Below are positions 13,226 through 25,886 of a stretch of 64,000 nucleotides of DNA, one piece after another (positions within the stretch are counted from its first letter, which is position 1; each line of letters opens with the position of its first letter). This DNA is from Amoebophrya sp. A120 (taxonomy: Eukaryota > Protista > Dinoflagellata). The notes under the pieces were generated by a model. That model was given only the letters and a program-made list of their open reading frames with translations. It searched no databases and was not told where the DNA came from. The stretch is from positions 11,019,655-11,083,654 of the forward strand of contig CAJINV010000004.1 of the NCBI GenBank assembly GCA_905178155.1, given 5' to 3'. The position numbers and the translations under genes were made by a program.

Positions 13226-14928
13226 TCATATTTTTGGATTTGGTTGGCGCTGATTATAATTCAGAACATCAAGAAGATTTTGACGTGTCAAGTCTATCAA
13301 AAACAAAAGAATGGCAAAGGAGCAGTTGAGCAAGCGATCGAGATCGTTATCGTACCCTGAAGACGATGCGCCCGATTCTTTGCTGAGGAAGACAAAAGTC
13401 GGAACACCTCCTTCTCCAGCGGGTAGTGAGCCACTGTACGTCCTCGAAACGGGTAATTGCCGTCCTGGTCCGGGCGGCAACAGAGATTCCTGCTCCACTC
13501 CCTGCGCCGGTACTACGGTTTGTTCAATCTCTTGCGCTGTTGCTGAGCCTGAGCCACCTCCAGTCGCATTATTGAACGCCGCGCTCCGATTCGCGTACGC
13601 CCGGGTGGTCAATCCACGCGAGAAGAGGGGACTGGGGCCGGGGTTGCTGCTACCTTGAGAAGAGGACAGGGCCGGAATGCTGCACTTCTCTCCGTCATCA
13701 TCTTCCGCAGACGAGACGGGCCGCACGAAGTCGATGTCTTCGGGGGAGGCTGCGTAGGACGATGTCGTCGTACCCCGGATAGTTCGGACAAGCTTCGTGT
13801 GATGCTGTTTGCCGCTGGTGGAGCCCGAGCCTGTTTCTTCATCTAGTATCAAATGTAAAAATGTCTGGGTCTGGAAGAATGCAAGTTTGTCATGCTTGTC
13901 TGGCATGACTCTCAAATCTGTCATGCACATTACCAAAGAGCCCCACTTTTCTGTCATGCAGAAACGTAGTTTGTCATGCAGAATAGGCAACACCTAGAAG
14001 CTCAGAAACTTGTCATGCTGAGCCAGCAATTGTCGCCTCCTCATGATACGCCACACAGCATCACAAGTTTCCAGACCCAGACACTTTTACATTTGATATC
14101 TAGCACTGGATTTCGATTGGGTGGATTCATTCTGGGGAACGGCAGAGTAATTGCATTTTTGCTGTTGCTGACTACTTTCGCTGTTTTATTTTCTGCTTGC
14201 TGTCCTTCATCAACTGGTAAAGCGCCAGGCGACGGATGTTGCACTACGGCTGCCTGTTCCCACTCCGTCTTGCTGTTGGTGGCAAGAGCGCGCCGTCGTG
14301 GCAGCTGCGGCTGCACCAACGAGACCGGCTCACTGTCGCTTTCGCCGATGGTGCTCGGACCGAGCAGCTGGGGCACAGGAACCGGAACGGAAGCTCCTGG
14401 CTTTGCCGTTGACAAGGACGAGGAGGCACTTCTTCTCGACGATCCGACTCCTACGACGTAATCAGCAGCGCCAGCCTGCTTTCCAGATCCATTGTCGTCA
14501 TCTGCTGCGAATGTAGGCGAAGATGTCCCTCCAATTACAGCAGGTGGTCGCGGCGGAATCACTAGGCCGTCGCTGGCCTCGTGCTCAGTGAAGGCAGTGG
14601 CCAGGGCTCGAGACAGTCTGGCGGACACAGCAGCGGACTTCTGCTGCAAGCGCGTAGTATGATTTCCGAAGGAGGAAGAGGAGGAGCTAGAATTGGATGA
14701 CCCCGTGAACACACCGCTTGCGCGCCCGGCGCCGCGCGTGGTAGTTGCGTTGTTGCCGACGTGTCTTTCTGGCAATGCAATCATCGTGCTGCCAGACGTC
14801 GGAGCAGTAGAGCTGTTTATTTTGCTACTTCGGAAAGAAGAAGATGAAGAGGACGAAGAAGGTGTTGGTGTTGGAGCGGGCACCGAATGGATGCCGCCCT
14901 TGATACTGTACAGGCTAGGTTTGTTCAT
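13226..14928 (-). CDS. Ser/Gly-rich hypothetical protein (~481 aa), split by one introner
   Basis: ORFs 14041-14928 and 13226-13993 fuse (NPVL|DEETG) after removing the introner; spliced length 1446 nt. Confidence 0.7.
13847..14098. mobile_element. Introner, family A (252 bp), TSD TCTAG; reverse orientation relative to 8892-9143
   Basis: TIR TATCAAATGTAAAAATGTCTGGGTCTGGAA; TSD at 13842-13846 and 14099-14103; interior is a close reverse complement of the BUD31 copy. Confidence 0.95.
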
Positions 14929-15760
14929 TTGGAAAATCTTGAATCAAAATGTACGCGTGCAGGTGCAGAAAAACATAAGCATCAGGTCGTCTTCCTTTTC
15001 TTCAATCCGGCCAGATTTCTCGTGCTGAAAGCAGCTACGCGCCAGTCTAGTACGTGCCACGTGTTCGAGCATAGACGATCTTGATCTCCGTTGGGAGCTG
15101 TGCCTACTCGTCGACGTGTAACGCAACGAATTTTTTTTTCTTCGAGAGTGTCGTTATCGTTTTAGCAGGTGACAAAATGTACTACAATTCTCTCTTGTGC
15201 AACCTGAAACTCTCGCCAACGCGACGACGAACGATCACATCACCTCGTTCAACCAAAGGAGACGACGACGGTGCTCTCGTTCAACGCAACCAAACGAGAT
15301 GACTTTGTCTATGCTGGTGAATCGAGTCGACACTGACGCTTTGAATATGAATTCTGTCCTCCCTCGTCCAGCCAACAGTTGTATGTTGTAACGAGGCCAA
15401 CACGACGAGAACGAATCACACGACACGGGCACGAGTTCATACATCGGAATACTGCGAAAACAGGTGTTACTAAATATCCTCAGAGCTGCTGGTGGAAGTG
15501 GACATGGTTATGGATGCTGTTGACGATGGTTTACGAATCATAAAATGAACACCCATCTTCCTGCAATGTTCGTCGCTGCAATTCTCTTGGTTTTTGCGCC
15601 TGTACTGCTTTCTATCGTTGCATCGCCAATTGGCATCACTTTCACTCAACCAAGGCACGGGTCGCCGGTGTCGCGTAGTTAAACTTATTTCGACGTTCGA
15701 AGGAAGACGAAGCTCAAGTTCTAAGATGATGAACTAGAACTGCTGCAAGAGAAGCTGCAT

Positions 15761-16760
15761 TGTATTGTATTGTATTTGATCCGCTCTTGTTTCAAACAGA
15801 CACGGCGCCCGCTCTTTAGCCCTGCTATACTTGCAGCAACCCGCCGGACAGCGAGGCTGTGGAGGCCCGGCGAAGCGTAACCCTCCTACGCAGTCGCAAC
15901 ATCAAGTGGCGAGAGCTGGAGGAGAACAGCGTGCTGGAGGTTTGTGGCCTTGGCAGACCGGCTCTTGCACTCGTTCCGTATAGTAGCACCAATCAGAGGG
16001 CGCACACCAGGTGGGCAACACAGATTGATTATACTACGGCGAAAGGATCCCGATTCGCGCTACCTGGGCGCGTCCCTTAATTGTCGTCTGACTTTAGGCC
16101 GGACGCAATCTGTGCGGCGCGCGGGTGCAGTTTGCCCGCCAGCGGTGCAAGGGGCGCAGAGCCCTGCTGTGCGCCCTTCGTCAAGAAGAGCGGCGCCGGC
16201 CCCGCCAGGGGGCTGGGGGTGCCCGCCAAGGCTTTCCCGAATAGCGCAGGCCCCACCGCTTCCGTCCATCCCCGGGAAGTGCCGCCAGCTGCTGCGCGCG
16301 GCGTGGGGCGCTAGGGCTTACGGCGGTGCGAGCGTGCCCACTGATACGGCCGAAGGCCGAGAGAGGCACGCCATGCCGGGCCTCTTCGCACACGACGCGG
16401 CAACACGCCCGAGGGCCTTCCTCGGAGTGGCTGGTCGGGCAGGGTGTGGCGCTGGGCTGTTCAGGTTAAGCCGGCCGAAACCCCACCACCATCTCACCCA
16501 ACAGAGACGGCGAGGCGCCTCGCCTGCTCACCAGGAGCCTGCAAGGCTCGCCCGCTTCCAGAGCGGGGCTCTTCTTCAAGAACAAGAGAACAGCCACCAG
16601 GGGTAGGGGGATCGCGCGCAGGATTGCGGGCGCCGCCCTTCTTCACTCGCCAGGAGCAGCGGCGTATTGCCGCTTAGTTTGCGCGATTTGATGCGTCTAC
16701 CTCTAGTAGCGCATCTGGGCACAAGGCCCCTCTCACGACTTCCCTTCCCACCAGGGGCGG
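15761..16760 (-). mobile_element. Non-LTR retroposon-like insertion (SINE-like or 3' LINE remnant), 1000 bp
   Basis: 16-bp direct repeat GCAAGAGAAGCTGCAT at 15745-15760 and 16761-16776; (TGTAT)n at the left end, i.e. an (ATACA)n 3' tail on the minus strand; GC-rich body with no recognisable RT or endonuclease. Confidence 0.75.
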
Positions 16761-16965
16761 GCAAGAGAAGCTGCATCATGCTCATGAATACGAACAGTAA
16801 GTAGCCCGTAATATGAAGACATGAGGTCCTCCAAGTGTCGATGTCAGCCCCAGATGTTGAAAATGAAGAACTAGTACGGGTAGAGCTTTAGTTGTACTGC
16901 GAGGTGGGAGGACAACGACAACCAACTGGACGCACCCCGCCTGGTGCCGTGGCCGGTTGTTTTCA

Positions 16966-19900
16966 TCACTTCCTGCTTTTGCTGGTCATTTCTACTGTGA
17001 CGGACGTGGTTCTCGATATGGGCGGGCTTGTGGGGCGTTGCTGTTTTGGCGAGCTCCGAGGTTCAGACAAGTGGTCCGAGACTGCACGGTCGGCCCGTCG
17101 CGAGTTCGCGCTCCCGGCCTGCTCGACGACCGCAGCGAGCGACGGAGCGACTCCTGCTGATCCGGCCGCACTGCCACTGCCGGTTGCGACGCTCGTCCCT
17201 GGAGCCCCCGGTGGCGCTGTCCCCCCCGCCGAGTTGGTTGCAATGTTCTGAATGTGCTGCGCCATCATCGACGTGGGATACCTTCTATCGCCCGCCATTT
17301 TGTCTCGCGTCTGCAGTAAAGCCTGTGTCAGATGCGTGGGAAAATTTGACGGGAGCTGCGGCTTCTCCGTCATTCGCCCTCGGTCCACACCAGAGTCCCG
17401 GACGAGGATCTGTGATGGCAGTTGCACACCTCCTGCAGCTGCTGATGTTCCACCACCGACCTGCGAATGCGCGTTGGTCGTGCGGTCAGACACGTAGGTG
17501 ACGGTGCTATCCCGGGGCTGGAGAACCTTCGACCTGCCAGCGGACCTTTGGGTCGGGGAATTGGACACCATCGTGCTTGTGTCCCCTTGTGGTGCAGTAA
17601 CTCCACCCCCACCGCCTGTCGTCCCACGAAGCAGGTGCTGCTGTTGGTACTGGTGGTAGGGGATGTTGTTCATGGTGTTTTCGGGCACGGTCAGGTGGCT
17701 ATGGTCCTCGCTCGGCGCTCTGCGGTGGATCATGATGGGCGAGCCCAGGGCGGAGGTCCGGTTGCTCTCCTGCGACAACCGCCGCCGAATGCCGCTGTTG
17801 GCGCGCTTGATGAACATCTTGCGCGCGAGGGCCGTCACTTCCTGTAGTTTTTTTGATGCTTTGTGATGATGATGCGAGTTTACTGCTGGTAATCCCTTTA
17901 CAGATGAAGGGGAAGATACGAATACGAGGGATAGGAATCAATAGCAAGAACACATCGCTGGAACAGCATGCACGACTAGAAGCTCGTACTAATTGAAGAA
18001 GCTCAAATTCCCTTAAGTACCCTGACGCGCTCCACTCTTTTGGCCTTGAAGATCAACTGCCGCAGGTGTTCGCGCACTCCGGCCTCCCCGGTGCCGGACT
18101 CGTCCCGGATGTCGTCCTGGATTAAATTTTCAATCACGTCCTCCAACGTGACGATCCCGGCCATATGGACGTTGACGGGAATCTGCGACTCGGTCGCCCA
18201 GGCACGCTTCACCAGGTCCGGCCGGTTGGTGACGATCGCGATGTGGGACTTGCCCTTCTGGAACTCGGTGAGCAGGTCCAGCAACGGGTCGTTCAAGGTG
18301 ACCACCAGCGGTTTCCGGAGTCCCAGCCCCGCGATCTTCCGCTTGTCGTCCGGGTTTACCACGATCAGGTTTTTCACCATCAGGAAGCCCCGAATGTCGT
18401 GCGGGTGCGTGTTGTAGATCGGCACGCGGGAGTGGCCCTTGCCGACGATGGTCGCCATGGTTTCCATGTTCAACTCCGTGGCTTGCGCCAGCATGTAGAC
18501 CTCGTTGAGCGGCACCATCACGTCCGCGACGGTCTTCTTGGAAAGCTCCATCGCACCCGTCATCATGCGGATCTCGTCCTGCATCAAACCGGTGGGCGAC
18601 TGCTGGTTCTCCCGGAGTTGCAGGTTAATCAGGGCTTTCAGCTCGCCCTTGTTGTATCTGAGGACGAAATTTATGTGGGTGATTATTTCTGCATCGTGTT
18701 GGTCTTGGTGTTCCTGATCATGCGAAAAGTCGAATAATATGCAGGTCAGGTGCGTGTTGATCAAGGAGAATGTAATAAATGTATACTTGTAGTCAGAGTT
18801 GAAAATAAACATGTAGACCACGCTCTGCAAGTGCATACCTGCCCTTATGCTCCTTTCCCAAGAGTGCGTCTAGTCCCCGGGCGATGGGTATGACGATGAC
18901 GGCGAGCACGGCTTCCAACACGTTCACAAGCGGCACAAAGAAGGACGCAATTTCCAACTGCCGGGGCCCGGTAAACACGGCGGAGGGGATGATCTCGCCG
19001 AAAATCAACACGCCGAACACGGAGATCAGAATCGTGACCACCTTCGGCAGCCCCAGCTTGTCCAGCGCGAGCGGGAGGGTTTCTGCGGCACACGCGTTCA
19101 TCAGGAGGAGGGTGACCTTGGAGTGGGGTAGTTCGGGTTACATTCATGATTGAAGTTGAATATGAATGCTACAACTCTTGCCGCAGGTAGGAGAGATTGT
19201 CAGAACTACATCAAAGGGCACCACACTTCTTCCTTGTCGTGCTGGCTGTGCTGCAACAACGTTGATCATGCGTTGCGGACAACTCAGTGGTCGCAAACAG
19301 TAGAAACACAGAGAAGACAAGGACGGAGAAATCAAAGGTATGCCTATGATTCCTTCTATTTCTACTGGCTAGAAGATGAAAAGACGAGCTAGCATACCAG
19401 TAGCCTATGGTGGTCCGTGACGAGGGGTAGAATCACGCTCGCTGCTGCCTTCTCCACGAGCAGCTCCTCATTTTCTTCCGGGTCCTCGACGTCATCCGGG
19501 TCCGTGGACATCAGCAATTCCATGTCAAAGGGGTCGAGACTGACCAGCCCCATCGTCAGCCCGCTCATCATACCCGCGGTAAGGACGCACAGAATGGACA
19601 GAATCAAGGCGACGTACCAACCGCGACTGTGCGCTTCCTCAACTTCAACGACGATTGGGGCGGGTTGCTGTTCTTGTTGGACGACGGGTGGGGTCGTTTG
19701 TGCTTGTGAGTTATGCGGTGGAGAGGACTCCGGCTCCGCAAGGATTTCGGGTTGAAGCTGAACGAGATCCTGGGAAGAGCTCAGTGACACCATCTGTCGG
19801 CCTTGTTCCAGTTTCCCTGAAACAGGGACCAGTTGCAAAGACGTGCCTGCCTTGTTTCCACTTTCGTCCGTGCCCGTGGCCTCTGCCTGTCGAAGAAATT

Positions 19901-20231
19901 TTCTTTCCACCGCGGCCCCATGATCGTGATCCCCCGTACTAGCTTTGGCGGAAGGATCTGCTGCACCTCCACCATTGATGTCTGCTGTGGCTGCCTGTGC
20001 ACAAGGGCAGTGGCAGGAGCCAGAAGATGAGGACGAGCCATGTCTAGTAGCGCTGGATTCGGATTCTGGCTGTCGTGTGAAGGGATTTAGATTTTCTATC
20101 TGGTTTTCTACTTGTCTCCTGTCGTGGTCATTCCGCTGCAGGGTGCCGCTGCTGGGTTCCGCGGGAGCAGTGCGTACCAGATGGAGAGCAAAAGCGAGAA
20201 GCACAAACCGCCTTTTTGCAAAGCCGGTCAT
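16966..20231 (-). CDS. CNNM/CorC-family (DUF21 + CBS pair) metal transporter, 4 exons (20231-19398, 19116-18839, 18657-18021, 17841-16966), ~874 aa
   Basis: DUF21 motifs AGMMSGLTMGLVSLD, HHRLL|VTLLLMNA, LIFGEIIPSA; CBS motifs VADVMVPL, GHSRVPIY, EFQKGKSHIAIV, GIVTLEDVIE; three GT-AG introns in phase (2625 nt); hydrophobic N-terminus. Confidence 0.92.
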
Positions 20232-21293
20232 TTTTTTGCCCCCGTCGCTGTCGCTGCCCCACTTGATATATTTTCTGGGGTGGAGCAGGTCGCTTTTTAT
20301 TTTTTCTTAAAAGCCGTCCCACGACCTGACTCTTGGTCTTACTCTTGGCACAGGAACAGGATTTTACTCGTTATTTGTGTCGTGCGGGGTTGTCTTTGAT
20401 ATTGCAACATGAACATGGTTCTTTTCCGATGAAAGCCAATTGTTAAAAAGTGGAATTTCTGCAAGCAAAAGTGAAACTTCTCTGCAAAGAACTACAACTA
20501 GTGTGAAACGAGGGAGTAGTACTAAATATGAAAGAAAAGAGAAACAAACATTGGATACTAAATCACTATCAAAATCAATCCCTATCACTATCGTCGGGCT
20601 AAAGCAAGATAGAGTGCCTAAACGGTCTGAATTTTATCTTCAGTTTGCGTTCGTTCAAGTTCTTTCATGATGCTCTGACTGCTACTTACATACAACTACT
20701 TCAACTGTTGAAAGATAAAGATGGAAAAGCATTCACCTTCGCCATCACTTCTCTAAGAGTTCCTCTAATTAAAAACTACTGGTGGTCGCGGAACAGGAAA
20801 TGGCACACAATTTGCAGCCTGGGTTGATTTTTCAATTTGAAGAAGAGCTGCTTGCAAATCATGATCCTTAACGAAGAAGGGCAAAGGAAAAATGTGAACC
20901 TTCCATCAAAGCACTGCCACTGATGAAACAAATTCCGGACCGCGTAGTACCTTGACTTTCATCTCATGATCTATCAGGAAAAAAAACATAACTGCAGCAG
21001 TGAGGTGGTGGTCTCCGCCTCGATCGGAACTCCTTGGGCTTGGCCAATTCATCATTTGTTCGAACAAATACGAAACTCTCGCACAATTATGAGTGTGGCG
21101 GCTTCATCTCCCGCAGTAAAGGAACAAGTTTGCTTTTGAGGTACATCTGTTTTCAGCATTGGTATTGCTTTATCTGTCGTTCTTAACGACTTTCTCCTTA
21201 TTCATTGTGCGTTGCAATTTTACATCGGCGTGGGGCAATCAGAACGAGCGCAAATGAAACCAATCATACAAGAAAATTGCTCTCATCCTCCTG

Positions 21294-21801
21294 CTACAGC
21301 ATCACCACAATTTCGTCTGGATCAGGTATAAACGCATTCTTCGGACTTTTCGGGGACCCCGGCTGCGACTTCGGGGAAAACGGTACCTCCGGCGCGTCTT
21401 CTGGATCGTCGTCCTTGTTCGTTTCTCCCGTTTCCGACTCTGGGTGTTCCGAGGGCTCTACGTAGGGCGTGCTATGTGGTTCTCAAGCGTTACATTTTCA
21501 ACTGTTAAGTGAATTTGTAATGCAAAATTGGCGCCAATATCTCTATCTATCATCAAGCTGCTTCGCATGACAAGTCATCGAGACGCTAGATAGCATTATA
21601 ATCTGCTCCAAACCTGTAATGCAAAAGCGGCCGCAACGTTCCCCTTTTCACTTTTGCTATGCTCGCATTACAAATTCATGTAACGGTTGAGAATGTAACG
21701 TTTGAGGACGTCATACATGCCTTCCAGCGGCAGCGGGTCGAGCATGTGTGTCGACAATTTGCTCGTTGCGGACCTCTTCGCTATGCAGAACCACGTGGAA
21801 C
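21294..21801 (-). pseudogene. Duplicated copy of the last exon of the ankyrin gene (25887-26136), with +4 and +6 nt indels and an introner
   Basis: Near-identical to ...PYVEPSEHPES...PKSQPGSPKSPKNAF.PDPDEIVVML*; similarity extends ~60 bp into the upstream intron. Confidence 0.7.
21473..21715. mobile_element. Introner, family C (243 bp), TSD CGTGC/CATGC
   Basis: TIR TATGTGGTTCTCAAGCGTTACATTTTCAAC / GTTGAGAATGTAACGTTTGAGGACGTCATA; absent from the paralogous exon at ~26061. Confidence 0.92.
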
Positions 21802-22271
21802 CTGATAGATAATAGAAGGAGAAGGTTTCTTGCATCTACATTCCGATAAAAACGGTCATGGGGCGCTTGCTGCGTACCTGACCAGGACATCATGGCAATG
21901 GTATGCAATGCTTTTTCCACATAGCTTTTCATCTTCCTGTTCGTTACATCGACAGGGAGCAAAATAAACGAGCCAACTCCACTGGCGTGCGATCTCATTC
22001 TACGAGAACAATATTGGCATTGGCATTTACGATTATAGACACCAATCGCAAGAGTCACACAAGAGAAAACAATACCATCCTTCCCGCCCCTCCTACGTAG
22101 TCAACAACAACAATTGTCCGAATCGGGTACAATAAATCCAGTGCTTCTTGATGACGTTCATCACTGCAGATAATAGTTATTCCCATCCGTTGACTCCTCC
22201 ATTTACTACATCTTGTTTTATTTGTCATCCCTTATTTGTTCATCTTGTTCATCGTGTTGGTGTTGCCTGCT

Positions 22272-24977
22272 CTAAATGAACTTGAGGATGCTTTCCATCG
22301 CGACCTTGGTTTGATTATAGCGGGCGTGTTCCTTGTCGCTCTTGCACTTTTTCGGAAAAAACTTCTCCCAAGACTGTTGGAACAACTGTTGGATTCCCCT
22401 TTTCTGCTCCGCTGAAGCGCAAACAACTTTCCTTTGCTGTGCTGAAAGGAAGTCTGCCGTTTCTTGCAGGTACCTCAGCCCTTGTTCCGGGCCAAAGCAG
22501 TTGTCGAACTTCTCGCGACCATAAAACAGAGTGGTGCCGCCTTCCAAATAATTCCAAAACTCATACGCGAACCATGCGTTATCGTTCTTGGTTGTCCCAG
22601 ACGGCCGGACTTGTTTTCGTGGAGGTTGAGGAACAGATGGCATAGTTCGTGCCGGATCCGGTGAAGCTGATGCGGGTAGTTTTGTATCATTATTATTTTG
22701 TAGTAAATTTTCGAACGATCGTGCGCGCCGAAAGGGAAGTGGTAGTGAATCATCTGCAGCAGTATTCGTCGTCCGTGCCGGATGACTTTCCGTTTCCTCG
22801 AAGCGACAGCTTTCCGTTATCAAATTCACGGGGTCATCCTTCTCGCTGTAACTCTTCGTTGCTTCCCGTATTGCGTTTTTCAATTGCTCTTGGGTAAATA
22901 TTACTGCTACTATATTTCTGTTCTCGTCCTTCGTTTGCGTAGCATTTTGAATCACTGATAACTGTTCCCAACCGAGGATCTGCTTAGTGCACAGTTTATC
23001 CCCGCAGTGTCTGAAGTCAAAGACACCATGCAATGGCCCCGCCTCGTCCTCGTAAAACGTGAAGCTGCCACGAAACTGGTCCGCGCGGTGCCACGGACGG
23101 AACGCGATGCTACTATTAGTTTTGAAGAAGTTCGCCGCATCAGGAAATTGTTTTTCGAGGTCGTCTTTCAGAAAGTCTGCTCTCTTGTCGGAATAGTTAT
23201 CATTCAGTGCTCCCAGGGCGTTGCTCTCCGCCGCGCTGCCGCGTTTTGTATTGTTCGGCGCTGTCATCAAATCCCATCTGGTACGACCAACTCCACACAA
23301 TGCCGTGAAATCCCTAGTGAAACTGTGGCTGTCGGCAAGAGCGAGCCCACCAGGAAAGGTTTGCGAGAGGACGACCTCTTCAGGCCGCTTGTCACTGTTT
23401 TCCACCGTTTTTCTCGTCATGCTATCGGTGGTAGGAGAAGCGGCTGCGGCTGCCCCCTCGACGTCACCTTCCCCGCCATGAGAGTTGACAAGGTGAAAGT
23501 ACCGCAGGTAATGCTGTGGTGGTAACAACCGCGGGCAATCCGGCGTCGGTGTGATTGTTCCTATCTCGTAGTTCTGTTGCGGTTTGTTTGTGGCAGTAAC
23601 ACAGCCACCGAAGTAGTTGTCCATCAGCGTCTTCACGTATGCTGGGTCATAATTCCACTGGACGAGTCTGCTCTCCGGCCCGAAAGTGCGAACAAGGGCT
23701 TTTGCAATCCAATCACCGCATGTTGTCGTCGCAACGTCATCCTCGATGCTAATTCCGCTGATGCTACTTGCGTCGTCGTCGTCCTTGGTGCCGGGCGTCG
23801 AAGTAAACGAGGACGACCCGCTACCCTTGTCGGGATGTTCGTCATGGAGAGCAAAAACCGTGCTACGGACGAGGTGCCTCGACTTTTTCTGGTATTTCGC
23901 TAGATCCAGAAGAAATTCTGCATATCCATGAACGGGATTAGAAAACTTTTTCATCAGCAGTCGCAGGAATGTGGAGCGAGACGGGTTTATCTTTGTCACT
24001 TGATCTTGAACATTCGTCCTGGTTTGCTGACTTGAACTGGCAGATGAAATGCGTCGGTTCTGTCTGGGAAGGCGGCAATGACGGCTCGGAGTTCGAGTTG
24101 TTTGGAGTTCTTGATGCTTGGAGTTGTTTGGAGTTGTTTGGAGTTGTTTGGAGTTGTTTGGAGTTGTTTGGAGTTGTTTGGAGTTGTTTGGAGTTGTTTG
24201 GAGCTGTTTGGAGTTGTATGGCGCTCCCGATATTTTCTCCGCACCGCGATCCCGCGATCCGTTTTTCCCGAAACCTACACTTTCCCCTGCCCGACCACCA
24301 CCTACACGTCCGGTCCAACCCTTCTGCTCCTCCCGATGCAGCAAATGCTCGGAATGAACATTCTTGTGACCCAGCGGAATGATGGGCGATTTCGTGTTGA
24401 TCCTAAAAGATCCGAGGCCGCCTTCTTCGCAGCTCTCCTTAACCTGCTGTAGTCCATCTTCTTCACCGCGCCCAGACACATGCCCATGCGGCGAAAGTGG
24501 TGCAGCTGAAGCTGAAGAGGAACTCGACGAGGTGGAAGTTCCCAAATTTTTGGACAAAGAAGGAAGAGCTGAAGGCGTGTCTACCGCTGCCCGCGCCGTC
24601 CTCGTCGAGGATTTCTTGCCACCTCCTAGTAAATGTTCAGCAGAACAAAACGACGGCTGGTGCTGCTGCGTTGCTGTGGGGTTTGTTCGCACGTCGCACG
24701 GAACAACGCTGGCGCTGCTCCCGCCCTTCCGCGTCGACGATAACATCACACTGTCCTGCAACACGTGCAGGAGATCCTCCGCACCTGCCGCATTAAGGGA
24801 CCGGGTCACCGATGTCATCGTGCTCGAGTGAGATCGTGGGTCAATGGTCGAGCTCGTGAGAGCAACGCGAATTGCTGACTCTAATTTCAACTGTACAACA
24901 AGAATCAAGATATCAATTAAAAGTTCAATTCCTATCCACTTAAGAAAGCACGATCTTTTTTCATTAATTTGCGGCAT
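22272..24977 (-). CDS. Hypothetical protein (ORF 901 aa; probable start MTSVTRS near 24818)
   Basis: Long uninterrupted ORF; C-terminal half looks globular but is not recognisable to me. Confidence 0.7.
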   Translation of the reverse strand: MPQINEKRSCFLKWIGIELLIDILILVVQLKLESAIRVALTSSTIDPRSHSSTMTSVTRSLNAAGAEDLLHVLQDSVMLSSTRKGGSSASVVPCDVRTNPTATQQHQPSFCSAEHLLGGGKKSSTRTARAAVDTPSALPSLSKNLGTSTSSSSSSASAAPLSPHGHVSGRGEEDGLQQVKESCEEGGLGSFRINTKSPIIPLGHKNVHSEHLLHREEQKGWTGRVGGGRAGESVGFGKNGSRDRGAEKISGAPYNSKQLQTTPNNSKQLQTTPNNSKQLQTTPNNSKHQELQTTRTPSRHCRLPRQNRRISSASSSQQTRTNVQDQVTKINPSRSTFLRLLMKKFSNPVHGYAEFLLDLAKYQKKSRHLVRSTVFALHDEHPDKGSGSSSFTSTPGTKDDDDASSISGISIEDDVATTTCGDWIAKALVRTFGPESRLVQWNYDPAYVKTLMDNYFGGCVTATNKPQQNYEIGTITPTPDCPRLLPPQHYLRYFHLVNSHGGEGDVEGAAAAASPTTDSMTRKTVENSDKRPEEVVLSQTFPGGLALADSHSFTRDFTALCGVGRTRWDLMTAPNNTKRGSAAESNALGALNDNYSDKRADFLKDDLEKQFPDAANFFKTNSSIAFRPWHRADQFRGSFTFYEDEAGPLHGVFDFRHCGDKLCTKQILGWEQLSVIQNATQTKDENRNIVAVIFTQEQLKNAIREATKSYSEKDDPVNLITESCRFEETESHPARTTNTAADDSLPLPFRRARSFENLLQNNNDTKLPASASPDPARTMPSVPQPPRKQVRPSGTTKNDNAWFAYEFWNYLEGGTTLFYGREKFDNCFGPEQGLRYLQETADFLSAQQRKVVCASAEQKRGIQQLFQQSWEKFFPKKCKSDKEHARYNQTKVAMESILKFI
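24118..24217. repeat. Minisatellite (GAGTTGTTTG) x ~10 inside the ORF
   Basis: Near-perfect 10-bp tandem; translates as (NNSKQLQTTP)n. Confidence 0.95.
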
Positions 24978-25886
24978 TGAAGATCCAATGTCATCTCCTC
25001 GATCTTCTCAAATACAAACTCTACAAAATGAAAATCGGTGATTTCCTTTTTTCGTACAAAATATCGTGTTATCTTCGCTTTTTCAATTTCAGGTGACAAG
25101 GACAAAGTTTACTTAAGACGCATCGGCATCATAGGAGCCCGATATAAAACAATCAAAACAGTGTGCCCTCGTCGCCGCCCGTGTCGCCGACGCGACGTCG
25201 CACGACCAGAGATGTAGTCCATGCGCCGACGTGCGCTTTTTTAGCTTTACTCGACTCGATCACAATCGTCCCTCATGATCCTGCTCATCAATGACAGTGT
25301 ACCATTGTCGCCACGACTCTGTTCCTCGACGATTTTCATTTTCTACAAACCTTCTACTCTTTCTCTTGCCCTTGCGATGAAACTGACACAAGTAAACCTT
25401 TTATCGCAGTTTCGATGTACGAGTATCCACATGATCCACCACGGACCGAACTGGTGGAGGTGAAAGGGAAGACCAAGACGCTGGCGCGTGCTAGCGGTTC
25501 GCGCTCCAAATCCAAATCGTCCACAATGCCGGTGGTCGTCATATTCATCTTGATCTTTTTCTTTGTTCGCTTTTGTGTCTTCCATTTCATTTCGTGGTTT
25601 ACTGTTGGGAGAATTGTACAGCGCAGTGATGATTGTCAGTCATCTCTCTGGGGCGGCGAAGCGCGAACTTTGTTTCATTTCTTGTGATGGTATCTTCAAC
25701 CTTCATCCACCCCTCTATCTTGTACAGCGCGATGTTGGGGAGGTTGCTGAGCGGTGACGATGAATTAGAATTGCAACATCTCCATGCAGGTTACAGAATG
25801 AGGAACATGAAGATGATGAATGAATCCTACAAGGAGCAGCTTTAACAACGCTCCAACTGCTGCCTGCAACCTCCGCGTCCAACCAC

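Noticed and set aside
16333-16372. Hammerhead ribozyme (CTGATAC-GGCC-GAA-GGCC-GAGA)
   Set aside because: The core deviates from CUGANGA...GAAA and no third stem or cleavage triplet is evident.
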